Shown in pieces: positions 1-8,758 of a stretch of 64,000 nt of DNA. How positions within the stretch are numbered: position 1 is the stretch's first letter; every line of letters begins with the position of its first letter. The DNA is from Actinomycetales bacterium. GTDB lineage: Bacteria; Actinomycetota; Actinomycetes; Mycobacteriales; SCTD01. The notes under the pieces were generated by a model. The model was not told the DNA's origin. It made no database searches and saw only the letters and a program-made list of their open reading frames with translations. Location: contig JAKFFB010000191.1 of the NCBI GenBank assembly GCA_036675425.1, positions 3,887-67,886 of the forward strand, given 5' to 3'. A program made the translations under genes and the position numbers.

Positions 1-2
1 GC

Positions 3-521
3 GTACGAACCCCGCGTCGCGCGGCGGGCGCGCAGACCGCCGAGGCGGTCACGGGCGAGACCCTCGACGGCGAGGCGGTCGCGCTCTCGCTGACCTCCGG
101 CACGGACACGCTGCTGGCGTTCCTGTCCTCGGGCTGCTCGACCTGCGGCGCCTTCTGGGAGGCCTTCGCCGAGGCCGAGCTCGACGTGCCCGGCGGCGCC
201 CGGCTGGTCGTCGTCACCAAGGGACTCGACGAGGAGAGCGCCTCGGCCCTCGCGAGCCGCGCCCCGTCGCACGTCCCCCTCGTCGCGAGCAGCAGCGCGT
301 GGGAGGGCTTCGCCGTGCCGGGCTCGCCGTACTTCGTCTACGTCGACGGCACCGGCCGCGTCATCGGCGAGGGCTCCGCCGCGACGTGGTCCGCGGTGCG
401 CAGCCTGATGGGGCAGGCGCACGCCGACGACGCGCACCGCCGCGGCCGGCTCTCCCGGCAGGGGCGTGACGACGCCGCGCTCGCCGCCGCCGGCATCCGA
501 CCCGGGGACCCGAGCCTGTGA
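3..521 (+). CDS. Thioredoxin-fold (TlpA/MauD-like) protein, 5' truncated by the window edge
   Basis: Frame is open from base 3: ...GETLDGEAVAL...TLLAFLSSGCSTCGAFW...VPGSPYFVYVD; CxxC motif (CSTC) and cis-Pro-like SP; stop overlaps the next GTG (GTGA). Confidence 0.8.
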   Translation, partial: VRTPRRAAGAQTAEAVTGETLDGEAVALSLTSGTDTLLAFLSSGCSTCGAFWEAFAEAELDVPGGARLVVVTKGLDEESASALASRAPSHVPLVASSSAWEGFAVPGSPYFVYVDGTGRVIGEGSAATWSAVRSLMGQAHADDAHRRGRLSRQGRDDAALAAAGIRPGDPSL

Positions 522-1171
522 TCCTGCTGCTCGTCGTCGGCCTCCCGCTCGCGGCCCTCGCCGCGATCCGGGCCACCTGGAGCCCTTGAGGTGAGTCGAT
601 GCTGACCAGCATCACTCCGCTCGGTGAGCGGAGCAGGGGCAACCGCTACGCCGTGACGCTCACGGCGTACGTCGGAGGCTGCCTGCTGGGCGGGGCCGCG
701 ATCGGCCTGCTGCTCGGCGCCGCCGGCAGCCTGCTCCCGACCCTGCCCGCGCTCCTGCTCGCGGGGATCGCCTGCCTGGCAGCCGCTCTCGCTGACGCGC
801 GCGGCTGGCTGCCGCTCGGGCGTCGGCAGGTCGACGAGGACTGGCTGACCTCCTACCGCGGCTGGGTCTACGGCCTCGGCTTCGGGCTGCAGCTCGGCTT
901 CGGCGTGGTCACCATCGTCACGAGCGCGGCCACCGTCGCGGCGCTGGCCGTCGCGTTCCTGACGCAGTCGCCGGTGGCCGGCCTGCTCGTCGGACTGGTC
1001 TTCGGCGGCGTCCGCGCGTTCCCCGCGCTGCTGCTCGGCCGCGCGGCCAGCCACGGCGAGCTGCGCTCGATGGCCGCCGGTCTCGAGCGGCGGGCCCCTG
1101 CGGCCGCCCGCGCCACCGTCGTCGCGCTCGCCCTCTCGGGCGCCGTCCTGCTGATCGGAGCCGCCGCGTGA
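518..1171 (+). CDS. MauF/CcdA-like multi-pass membrane protein with in-frame TGA at codon 24 (putative selenocysteine)
   Basis: GTG at 518 coupled to upstream stop; reads MILLLVVGLPLAALAAIRATWSP*GESMLTSITPLGER; TGA 587-589 replaces the Cys of the WSPCG motif; also QVDEDWL and GWVYGLGFGLQLG segments typical of MauF-like proteins. Confidence 0.75.
593..633 (+). promoter_or_regulatory. Candidate bacterial SECIS hairpin(s)
   Basis: CTCCGCTC-GGT-GAGCGGAG (615-633, perfect 8-bp stem, G-initiated loop 33 nt after the UGA); also GATGCT-GACC-AGCATC (598-613). Confidence 0.5.
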
Positions 1172-1626
1172 ACCTCGACCACGGCGGCGTGCGCGTCGCG
1201 CTGCCGACCGGGTGGGAGGCGCGGGCGCGGCTCCAGCCGAGCAACCGCCCGGGGGTCCGCGGCAACCTCGTGCTGCACGCCGCGACCATCCCGCTGCCGG
1301 CCGAGCGCGGTGACTTCGGCAGCGGCGTCGTCGAGCTGCTCGGGCCGGACGACGTCTTCCTGTCGCTGTTCGAGTACGACCGGGCCGACGCGGGGAAGGC
1401 GCTTTTCGCCGCGAAGGGCCTGCCGGCGCTGCGCCCCGGCGACTTCTCGACCAAGCACCTGCAGCGCACCGCCGGCGGGCGCAGCGGCGGTCAGTGGTTC
1501 TTCCAGGTGGCCGGCCGGCCGTTCTGCCTCTTCGTCGTGCTCGGCAGCCACAGCCGCCGCGCCGCCGGCGCCGCCCGCGCGTCGGCGCTGCTGTTCCGCA
1601 CCACCGTCAAGGAGCTCGCCGGATGA
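1168..1626 (+). CDS. Hypothetical protein coupled within the mau-like operon
   Basis: GTGA and ATGA overlaps on both sides; ordinary globular composition. Confidence 0.75.
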   Translation: MNLDHGGVRVALPTGWEARARLQPSNRPGVRGNLVLHAATIPLPAERGDFGSGVVELLGPDDVFLSLFEYDRADAGKALFAAKGLPALRPGDFSTKHLQRTAGGRSGGQWFFQVAGRPFCLFVVLGSHSRRAAGAARASALLFRTTVKELAG

Positions 1627-2960
1627 CCTCGACCCGCGCGGCGCTCGCCGCCGTCGACCCGGGCGCCGAGGCCGTCGCCTCGACGCTCGGCCAGCGAGCG
1701 GTGGACCGGGTGACGGGCTGGCTGTCCGGTCGTACGTCCCGTCGCGGCTTCCTGCTCAAGGCCGGGCTGCTCGGCACGGCGATGGCGGTCGACCCGAAGG
1801 GCTACGTCCTCCGGCCGGGCACGGCCTACGCCGCGGTGTGCGGGCCGGGCGCCGGTGCGACCAGCGGGTGGACCGTCTTCTGCGCCACCATCAACAACGG
1901 CGTCAACGCCTGCCCGCCCGGGTCGATCGCGGCCGGCTGGTGGAAGGCCGACGGCGCGTCGCTGTGCGGCGGCAAGGCGCGCTACATCGTCGACTGCAAC
2001 GCGCAGTGCACGAGGTGCACGACGCCCGGTGCGCGCGCCGGAATCTGCAGCTCGGGCTGCTGGAACTGCTCGTGCACCAGCGGGCTCTCCGGAACCTGCG
2101 ACCAGCGCAAGGTCTGCTGCAACGCCTTCCGCTACGGCCAGTGCAACCAGGACGTGCGACAGGTCGGCGGCGTCCACTGCCGGGTCGTGTCCTGCACGCC
2201 ACCGTGGCGGTTCGAGGAGTGCTCGACCGCGCCGGCGACCGACAACCGGACCCGCGACCACAACAGCGACCGGCTGCCGCAGGCCTACACCCCGATCACC
2301 GCCCGCTACATCGCGCTGGGCGAGAACGGCTCGGTGCTGGGCGCCACCGTCTACGGCGAGATCTCCACCGCGGGCGGCACCGCGCAGCGCTACCAGGACG
2401 GCCGCATCTCCCACACCTCGGCGACGGGGGCGCGGGAGACCGTCGGGCCGGTCGCAGCGCGCTACGTCGCCGTCGGCGCCGAGGCCGGTCGGCTCGGCTT
2501 CCCGGTGACGTCACCGATCGCCCTCGGCGGCGGCGGCACCGCGAGCCGCTTCCAGAACGGCCGCATCTCGTGGTCGGCGGTCACGGGTGCGTGGGAGACC
2601 GTGGGCCCGATCGCGCGGGAGTACGAGCGGCTCGGCGCGGAGACCGGCGTCCTCGGCTACCCGGTCACGGGCGACGACGCGGCGGACCGCGGCCGGACGA
2701 CCCGCTTCCAGAACGGCCGCATCTCGTGGTCGTCGTCGACGGGGGCGCACGCCACCACGGGCGCCATCGGTGAGCGCTACGCGCAGCTCGGCGCGGAGAA
2801 CGGCGTGCTCGGCTTCCCGGTCGCCGACGAGGTCGCCGAGCGGGAGTCGCCGTTCAAGCGCTTCGGACTGCCGCCGGACCGCCGGCAGGAGTTCGAGGGG
2901 GGCACCCTGTCGTACGACCAGCGCACCGGCGTGGTCGTGATGACGCCGCGAGCCGGCTGA
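1623..2960 (+). CDS. Tat-exported Cys-rich protein (amine dehydrogenase light-chain/MauA-like) with C-terminal LGFP repeats
   Basis: SRRGFL twin-arginine motif and AYA cleavage site; 18 Cys in about 135 aa including NACPPGS-x4-WWKAD, YIVDC and VHCRVVSC; repeats LGFPVTS/LGYPVTG/LGFPVAD each followed by F(Q/E)xG. Confidence 0.75.
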   Translation: MTSTRAALAAVDPGAEAVASTLGQRAVDRVTGWLSGRTSRRGFLLKAGLLGTAMAVDPKGYVLRPGTAYAAVCGPGAGATSGWTVFCATINNGVNACPPGSIAAGWWKADGASLCGGKARYIVDCNAQCTRCTTPGARAGICSSGCWNCSCTSGLSGTCDQRKVCCNAFRYGQCNQDVRQVGGVHCRVVSCTPPWRFEECSTAPATDNRTRDHNSDRLPQAYTPITARYIALGENGSVLGATVYGEISTAGGTAQRYQDGRISHTSATGARETVGPVAARYVAVGAEAGRLGFPVTSPIALGGGGTASRFQNGRISWSAVTGAWETVGPIAREYERLGAETGVLGYPVTGDDAADRGRTTRFQNGRISWSSSTGAHATTGAIGERYAQLGAENGVLGFPVADEVAERESPFKRFGLPPDRRQEFEGGTLSYDQRTGVVVMTPRAG

Positions 2961-3029
2961 ACGGGGCAGGAGAGTCGGCTTCTGCGTCGAAAGGGGCATT
3001 CGTCCCCCCTCGACGACAAAGGAGCGCGC

Positions 3030-4583
3030 ATGAGCCTCGCCCGCCGCACGGGTGCCCTGGCCTGCCTGATCAGCCTCGGACTGGCGGTGACCCCGGCCCT
3101 GGCCGGCACGTCGCCGAGCGGCCCGTCCGCCGCCGATCCGCAGCGACCGACCGGCAGCTACGACGAGACGCGGCTGCTGGTCGCCTTCGACCCCGGCACC
3201 CCGGCCGAGTCGCGGCGCAGCGCTCACGCGGCCGAGGGCGCCCGGGTCGAGAACACGATCGAGCGGCTGGACCTCGACGTCGTGAAGCTCCGCGACGGCG
3301 CCGACCCGGTCGAGGTGGCCACGCGCTACGAGCGCAACCCCAACGTGCTCTACACCGACTTCAACCACGAGTTCACCGTCGACAGCAGCGACACGCTCTG
3401 GACGGACCAGTGGGGCCTGAACAACACCGGCCAGCCGGTCACCGGCAGCTTCGTGACCGGGCGCCCCGACGTGGACGTCGACGCCCCGGAGGGCTGGGCG
3501 ACCGCCTTCGGCGCGACCATCCCCGACACCGGCGGCACGACCGTCGGCATCATCGACACCGGCATCGACCTCGGTCACGTCGACCTGGTGGGCAAGACCG
3601 ACGTCTGCGCGAACGCGACCGGCGCCATCGGGCTCGTCGTCAGCGGCAGCTGCTCCGACGACAACCTGCACGGCACGCACGTCGCCGGCACCATCGGCGC
3701 CCGCACCGACAACGGGGTGGGCGTCGCCGGCGTGGCGCCCGACGCGCGCTTCGCCGTCGTCAAGGCGCTGAACGCCGCGGGCAGCGGCTTCTACTCCGAC
3801 ATCGTCGCGGCCATCGACTACCTCAGCGCCGACAGGGGCGTGAAGATCATCAGCATGAGCATCGGTGGTCCGCAGGACGACGCCCTCGACCGGGTGCTGA
3901 CCGACGCCTACGCCCGGGGCACGCTGCTCATCGCCGCCGCCGGCAACGACTACGACGACACCAAGAGCTGGCCGGCCTACCACCGTGACGTGATGTCGGT
4001 GGCCTCGATCAACGCCGCCGGCGCCGTCTCCGACTTCAGCACCTGCAACAGCGACGTCGAGATCATCGCCCCGGGCGAGGACATCTGGTCGACCTTCCCC
4101 GGCAACGGCTACGGCGTCATCAGCGGGACCTCGATGGCGACGCCGCACGTGTCGGGCGTGGCCGCGCTGCTCATGTCGGAGAAGGGGCTGACGGCCGCGC
4201 AGACCCGCAGCGCGCTCAAGAGCACGGCCGTCGGGTCGATCAGCTGCCGCGGCTTCGCGAACGTCGGCCTGGTCAACCTGGCCAACGCGCTGGCCGGCGG
4301 AGGCGGCGGCGGCACGACCGAGCCGGCGCCGACCGGCACCGGCACCGTCGCCGGCAAGGTGACCAGCGGCAGCGGGAAGTCCGCGCAGGCGCTCTCCGGG
4401 GCGACCGTCTCCTGCGGCACGGGCGGCTCCGCGACCAGCGGGAGCGACGGCCGCTACACGATCGCGTCGGTGCCCGTCGGCACCTACACGTGCACGGCCT
4501 CGGCGAGCGGCTACCGCTCCAAGTCCGTCACCCTGACGGTCAGCAAGGACACCACCACGCCGGCCGACTTCAGCCTGCGGTAG
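3030..4583 (+). CDS. Secreted S8 subtilisin-like serine protease with C-terminal carboxypeptidase-regulatory-like domain
   Basis: Signal peptide; IDTGID, HGTHVAGTI, AAGN and SGTSMATPHVSG motifs; AAGGAG RBS. Confidence 0.93.
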   Translation: MSLARRTGALACLISLGLAVTPALAGTSPSGPSAADPQRPTGSYDETRLLVAFDPGTPAESRRSAHAAEGARVENTIERLDLDVVKLRDGADPVEVATRYERNPNVLYTDFNHEFTVDSSDTLWTDQWGLNNTGQPVTGSFVTGRPDVDVDAPEGWATAFGATIPDTGGTTVGIIDTGIDLGHVDLVGKTDVCANATGAIGLVVSGSCSDDNLHGTHVAGTIGARTDNGVGVAGVAPDARFAVVKALNAAGSGFYSDIVAAIDYLSADRGVKIISMSIGGPQDDALDRVLTDAYARGTLLIAAAGNDYDDTKSWPAYHRDVMSVASINAAGAVSDFSTCNSDVEIIAPGEDIWSTFPGNGYGVISGTSMATPHVSGVAALLMSEKGLTAAQTRSALKSTAVGSISCRGFANVGLVNLANALAGGGGGGTTEPAPTGTGTVAGKVTSGSGKSAQALSGATVSCGTGGSATSGSDGRYTIASVPVGTYTCTASASGYRSKSVTLTVSKDTTTPADFSLR

Positions 4584-6003
4584 GTCCCGTCTCGCCCAGG
4601 GTCGCGACCACGTACCGGTCGCGGCCCTGGGCCTTGGCCTGGTAGAGCGCGCGGTCGGCGTGCAGCCGAGCGTCCTCCGGGCTCTCGGGGCCGATGAGGG
4701 CGCAGCCGATCGAGACGGTGGTCCGCACCCGGCGGGCCGCCTCGACCAGGCGCTGGCCGACGACAGCGGCCTGCTCGTCCGTGACCTGCAGCAGCACGGC
4801 GAGCTCGTCGCCACCGATCCGGTAGAGCAGCGCGTCGCCGCGCAGGCCGGCGCTGAGCTCCTCCGCCAGCGCGCAGAGCAGCCGGTCGCCGGCGACGTGG
4901 CCGAAGCTGTCGTTGACGTCCTTGAAGTGGTCGATGTCGATGAGCAGGCAGGCGGTGCCCGGCGTCGCTTCAGCGAGGTCGGCGGCGAAGCATGCCGCGT
5001 TGCGCAGGCCGGTGAGCGGGTCCTCCTCGGCGCGCCGGCTGAGCTCGGCCATGGCCTCGGCGTTCGCGAGCGAGGCGGCCGTCTGCGCGGCGAGCAGCTC
5101 GAGAGCCGCTCCGACGCTGGGGTCGTGCGGGACCGAGGAGGTGTCGGCGGTGATGAGCAGACCGGTCACCCGACCGGCGACGGCGAGCGGCTGCACGGCG
5201 ATCGCGCGCACCCCCGACCGGAGCAGGAACTCGTAGCCGGACGGCACCTCGACGCCGCCCGGGAAGTGCGAGGACGTCCCCGCCTGGACCAGGGCGGCGA
5301 TGATCCGGTGCTCCTCGTGCGACCACTGCGCGAGCGCGGTCGCCAGCGGGCCGGCCGCCGTGGCCACGGCCCAGTGGCCGTCGGCACCGATCTCGCTGAG
5401 CGCGGCGCTGTCCATGCCCGAGATCTCGCGGGCGCCGTCGACCGCCCCGCGGCGGATCTCGGTGGCATCCGTCAGGCACGACAGGCCGACGGCGATGCGT
5501 GCCAGCCGCTGCGCGAGGCTCACCGGCGGCAGTCCGCCGAGGCGCTCGATCGTGGCCCCCAGGTGCTCCGCCGCGCCGGCCAGCCGCTCCAGGACGTCGT
5601 CCGGCAGGCGGGTCATCGACTCGACGTTGACAGCTCCGACCACCTCGCCGAGGACCCGGACCGGCACGCACGCCTCGGCACCGAGCCCCGGGATCGCGGA
5701 GATGAAGATCGGGTCCTGCTGGGCGTTGTCGAGGAGCACGGCCTCCCCGCGGTCGACCACCCCGCCGATGACGCCCGTGGACGACATGAAGCCGTCCACG
5801 ACCTGGAAGTAGCCGCGGGACGCCTGGCAGCGGAGGCGGCCGTCCACGAGCAGGTAGACGCTCGGCAGCTCGAAGTCCTCGCGCAGGTCGTCCGCGAGGC
5901 CCTCGCAGGCCTCGGCAACGGTGCGGGCCGCGGCGCAGCGCGGGTACGGCTGGGTCCGGGGCTGGGGAACCGCGGCCTGCGCAGCAGCCACCCCCGAGGT
6001 CAT
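4570..6003 (-). CDS. GAF-GAF-GGDEF diguanylate cyclase
   Basis: GAF signatures (GVIGGVV...ACVPV...VGAVNVES); DPLTGLRN, DIDHFKDVNDSFGHVAGD, RIGGDEL; no RxxD I-site. Confidence 0.88.
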   Translation of the reverse strand: MTSGVAAAQAAVPQPRTQPYPRCAAARTVAEACEGLADDLREDFELPSVYLLVDGRLRCQASRGYFQVVDGFMSSTGVIGGVVDRGEAVLLDNAQQDPIFISAIPGLGAEACVPVRVLGEVVGAVNVESMTRLPDDVLERLAGAAEHLGATIERLGGLPPVSLAQRLARIAVGLSCLTDATEIRRGAVDGAREISGMDSAALSEIGADGHWAVATAAGPLATALAQWSHEEHRIIAALVQAGTSSHFPGGVEVPSGYEFLLRSGVRAIAVQPLAVAGRVTGLLITADTSSVPHDPSVGAALELLAAQTAASLANAEAMAELSRRAEEDPLTGLRNAACFAADLAEATPGTACLLIDIDHFKDVNDSFGHVAGDRLLCALAEELSAGLRGDALLYRIGGDELAVLLQVTDEQAAVVGQRLVEAARRVRTTVSIGCALIGPESPEDARLHADRALYQAKAQGRDRYVVATLGETGPTAG

Positions 6004-6166
6004 GCCGCAGCATCGACGACGGCGGTGCCCGTCTGAACCGCTAGCCCTGCAGATGGCCCCGATGGGCCATGGCTCGTGGTCAGCGTGGACGTGACCCGCG
6101 GCACTGGGCCGGTCCGACGCGGCGCCGGTAGCCTGGGAGCCCACTGCCGAACCCCTCTGGAGCGAC

Positions 6167-7375
6167 GTGTCCGTCCCGCCCTCCAAGGCGCTCCTGCTCG
6201 AGAACATCCACTCCGACGCCGCCTGGACCCTCAAGGACGCCGGCTGGGACGTGGAGCGGCTGACGCAGGCGCTCACCGAGGACGAGCTCGTCGAGCAGCT
6301 CGCCGGCGTGCAGCTGCTCGGGATCCGGTCCAACACGACCGTGACCCGCCGGGTGCTCGACGCGGCGCCGGACCTGCTGGCGATCGGCGCCTTCTGCATC
6401 GGCACCAACCAGATCGACCTCGCGGCGGCGGCCGAGCGCGGGGTCGCCGTCTTCAACGCGCCGTTCTCCAACACCCGCAGCGTCGTGGAGCTCGCGCTGT
6501 CGGAGATCATCGCGCTGACGCGGCGGCTCACCGAGAAGAACGCCGCGATGCACGCCGGCCGCTGGGACAAGTCCGCCGTCGGCAGCCACGAGGTGCGCGG
6601 CCGCCGGCTCGGCATCGTCGGCTACGGCAACATCGGCAGCCAGCTGTCGGTGCTGGCCGAGTCGCTCGGGATGTCGGTGCTGTTCTTCGACACCGCCGAC
6701 AAGCTGGCGCTGGGCAACGCGCGCCGGTGCGGCACGCTCGACGAGCTGCTCGCCGAGTCCGACGTCGTCTCGCTGCACGTCGACGGCCGGGTGTCGAACA
6801 GCAGCCTGTTCGGCGAGGAGCAGTTCGCCCGGATGCGCGCCGGGTCGATCTTCCTCAACCTGTCGCGCGGCTTCGTGGTCGACCACTCGGCGCTGCGCGC
6901 CCACATCGAGAGCGGGCACATCGCGGGTGCCGCGGTCGACGTCTTCCCCGTGGAGCCGAAGTCGGCCGGCGAGGAGTTCGTGTCGGAGCTGCGCGGCCTG
7001 CCCAACGTCATCCTCACCCCGCACGTCGGCGGGTCGACCGAGGAGGCGCAGCAGGACATCGGTGCGTTCGTGGCCGGCAAGCTGCGCGACTACGCCGCGG
7101 ACGGCACGACCTCGCTGTCGGTCAACCTCCCGCAGGTCGCGCTGCCGCGCTCGCCCGGCACCCGCCTGCTGCACCTGCACGTGAACACCCCCGGCGTGCT
7201 CGCCACGGTGACGTCGCTGCTCGCCGAGCACGGCATCAACATCGAGGGCCAGCTGCTCGCGACCGCCGGCTCGCTCGGCTACGTCGTGACCGACGTGGGG
7301 GACGCCGAGGTCGAGTCGTTCGCGGGTGCGCTGCGGGCGCTGCCGGAGACCGTACGACTCCGCGTCCTCGCATGA
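6167..7375 (+). CDS. serA: D-3-phosphoglycerate dehydrogenase (E. coli type, C-terminal ACT domain)
   Basis: LLENIH, GIRSNT, AFCIGTNQIDL, NAPFSNTRSVVEL, GYGNIG, LTPHVGGSTEEAQ. Confidence 0.95.
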   Translation: MSVPPSKALLLENIHSDAAWTLKDAGWDVERLTQALTEDELVEQLAGVQLLGIRSNTTVTRRVLDAAPDLLAIGAFCIGTNQIDLAAAAERGVAVFNAPFSNTRSVVELALSEIIALTRRLTEKNAAMHAGRWDKSAVGSHEVRGRRLGIVGYGNIGSQLSVLAESLGMSVLFFDTADKLALGNARRCGTLDELLAESDVVSLHVDGRVSNSSLFGEEQFARMRAGSIFLNLSRGFVVDHSALRAHIESGHIAGAAVDVFPVEPKSAGEEFVSELRGLPNVILTPHVGGSTEEAQQDIGAFVAGKLRDYAADGTTSLSVNLPQVALPRSPGTRLLHLHVNTPGVLATVTSLLAEHGINIEGQLLATAGSLGYVVTDVGDAEVESFAGALRALPETVRLRVLA

Positions 7376-8727
7376 CGCTGCCCCTCGACGACCTGCGCGG
7401 AGCCGTGGGCGCGGAGCACGTGCTGGTCGACGCCGACCTGACCCGCTCCTACGAGAACGACTGGACCGGCCGCTTCTCCGGCCGTGCCGGCTGCGTGGTG
7501 CGCCCGGCGTCGACGTCGCAGGTGTCCGACGTCCTGCGGATCTGCCACGCCGCCGGGGTTCCGGTCGTGGTGCAGGGCGGCAACACCGGGCTGGTCGGCG
7601 GGGGGATCCCGGCCGGCGGCGAGGTGCTGCTGTCGCTGACGCGGCTGGACTCGCTCGGCTCCGTCGACGTCGCCGCGGCGCAGGTGAGCGCGGGGGCGGG
7701 GGTCACCCTTGCTGCGCTGCAGTCTCACGCGCGGGCAGCCGGTCTCGACTTCGGGGTCGACCTCGCCGCGCGTGACAGCGCGACGGTCGGCGGGCTGGTC
7801 GCCACGAACGCCGGGGGCATCCGGGTGCTGCGCTACGGCTCGATGCGCGCGCAGCTGCTCGGCGCGGAGGCGGTGCTCGCAGACGGGTCGGTCGTGTCGC
7901 GGATGGCCGGCCTGGCGAAGGACGGCACCGGCTACGACCTCGTCTCGCTGCTCTGCGGCAGCGAGGGGACGCTCGGTGTCGTGACCGCGGTGCGGCTGCG
8001 GCTGGTGCCGCGGGTGACCGCGCGGTGCGTCGCGCTGCTGGCGCTGGAGTCGACGTCGTCGGCCGTCGAGCTGCTGCCCGGGTTGCGCGACCGGCTTCCC
8101 TCTCTGTCCGGTGCGGAGCTGGTCTTCGCGGACGGGATCGCCCTGGTGCGCAAGCACTCCGGGCTGCCCGCGCCCTTCGACGAGGAGCACCCGGCCTACC
8201 TGCTGCTCGAGTGCGCCGACCGGGTCGACCCGACCGACGCGCTGGTCGAGGCGGTGTCGTCGGCGGAGGGGCTGCTCGACGCGCGGGTCGCGTCCGACGC
8301 GGCCGGCCAGCGCGCGCTCTGGGCCTACCGCGAGCAGCACACCGAGGCGATCAACGCCGAGGGCGTGCCGGTGAAGCTCGACGTGTCGGTGCCGCTGCGG
8401 TCGCTGCCCTCGTTGGTGGAGGCTCTGGCGCCGACGGTGCACGCGGTCGCTCCGGACGCGCGGCTGATCGTCTTCGGGCACGTGCACGAGGGCAACCTGC
8501 ACGTCAACGTCCTCGACGCGGGGTCGCTGGACGAGGAGGTCACCGACGCGGTGCTCCGCCTGGTGGCCTCGCTGTCCGGGTCGATCAGCTCCGAGCACGG
8601 CGTCGGCCGCGCGAAGGTCTCCTGGCTGGAGCTGTCCCGGTCGGCGACCGAGATCGCCGCCATGCGCGCCATCAAGGACGCCCTCGACCCACGCGGGATC
8701 CTCAACCCAGGAGTGCTGCTTCCCTGA
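7372..8727 (+). CDS. FAD-binding (VAO/PCMH) D-2-hydroxyacid dehydrogenase, D-2-hydroxyglutarate dehydrogenase-like
   Basis: QGGNTGLVGG, ATNAGG, GSEGTLGVVT, GHVHEGNLHVN, SISSEHGVG, LDPRGILNPG; ATGA overlap with serA. Confidence 0.88.
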   Translation: MTLPLDDLRGAVGAEHVLVDADLTRSYENDWTGRFSGRAGCVVRPASTSQVSDVLRICHAAGVPVVVQGGNTGLVGGGIPAGGEVLLSLTRLDSLGSVDVAAAQVSAGAGVTLAALQSHARAAGLDFGVDLAARDSATVGGLVATNAGGIRVLRYGSMRAQLLGAEAVLADGSVVSRMAGLAKDGTGYDLVSLLCGSEGTLGVVTAVRLRLVPRVTARCVALLALESTSSAVELLPGLRDRLPSLSGAELVFADGIALVRKHSGLPAPFDEEHPAYLLLECADRVDPTDALVEAVSSAEGLLDARVASDAAGQRALWAYREQHTEAINAEGVPVKLDVSVPLRSLPSLVEALAPTVHAVAPDARLIVFGHVHEGNLHVNVLDAGSLDEEVTDAVLRLVASLSGSISSEHGVGRAKVSWLELSRSATEIAAMRAIKDALDPRGILNPGVLLP

Positions 8728-8758
8728 TCTGTCCGCACCCACGATGTCGGGAGCTCGC

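Noticed and set aside
2280-2930. Repeated DNA (CGCTTCCAGAACGGCCGCATCTCGTGGTCG) as a CRISPR or non-coding repeat
   Set aside because: In-frame coding LGFP repeats; no CRISPR array or cas gene seen in the window.
6076-8727. Long ORF-track N-terminal extensions (e.g. 883-aa, 842-aa, 874-aa ORFs) suggesting fusions
   Set aside because: The extensions are out-of-frame readings of upstream genes; true starts lie at ATGA/GTGA overlaps.
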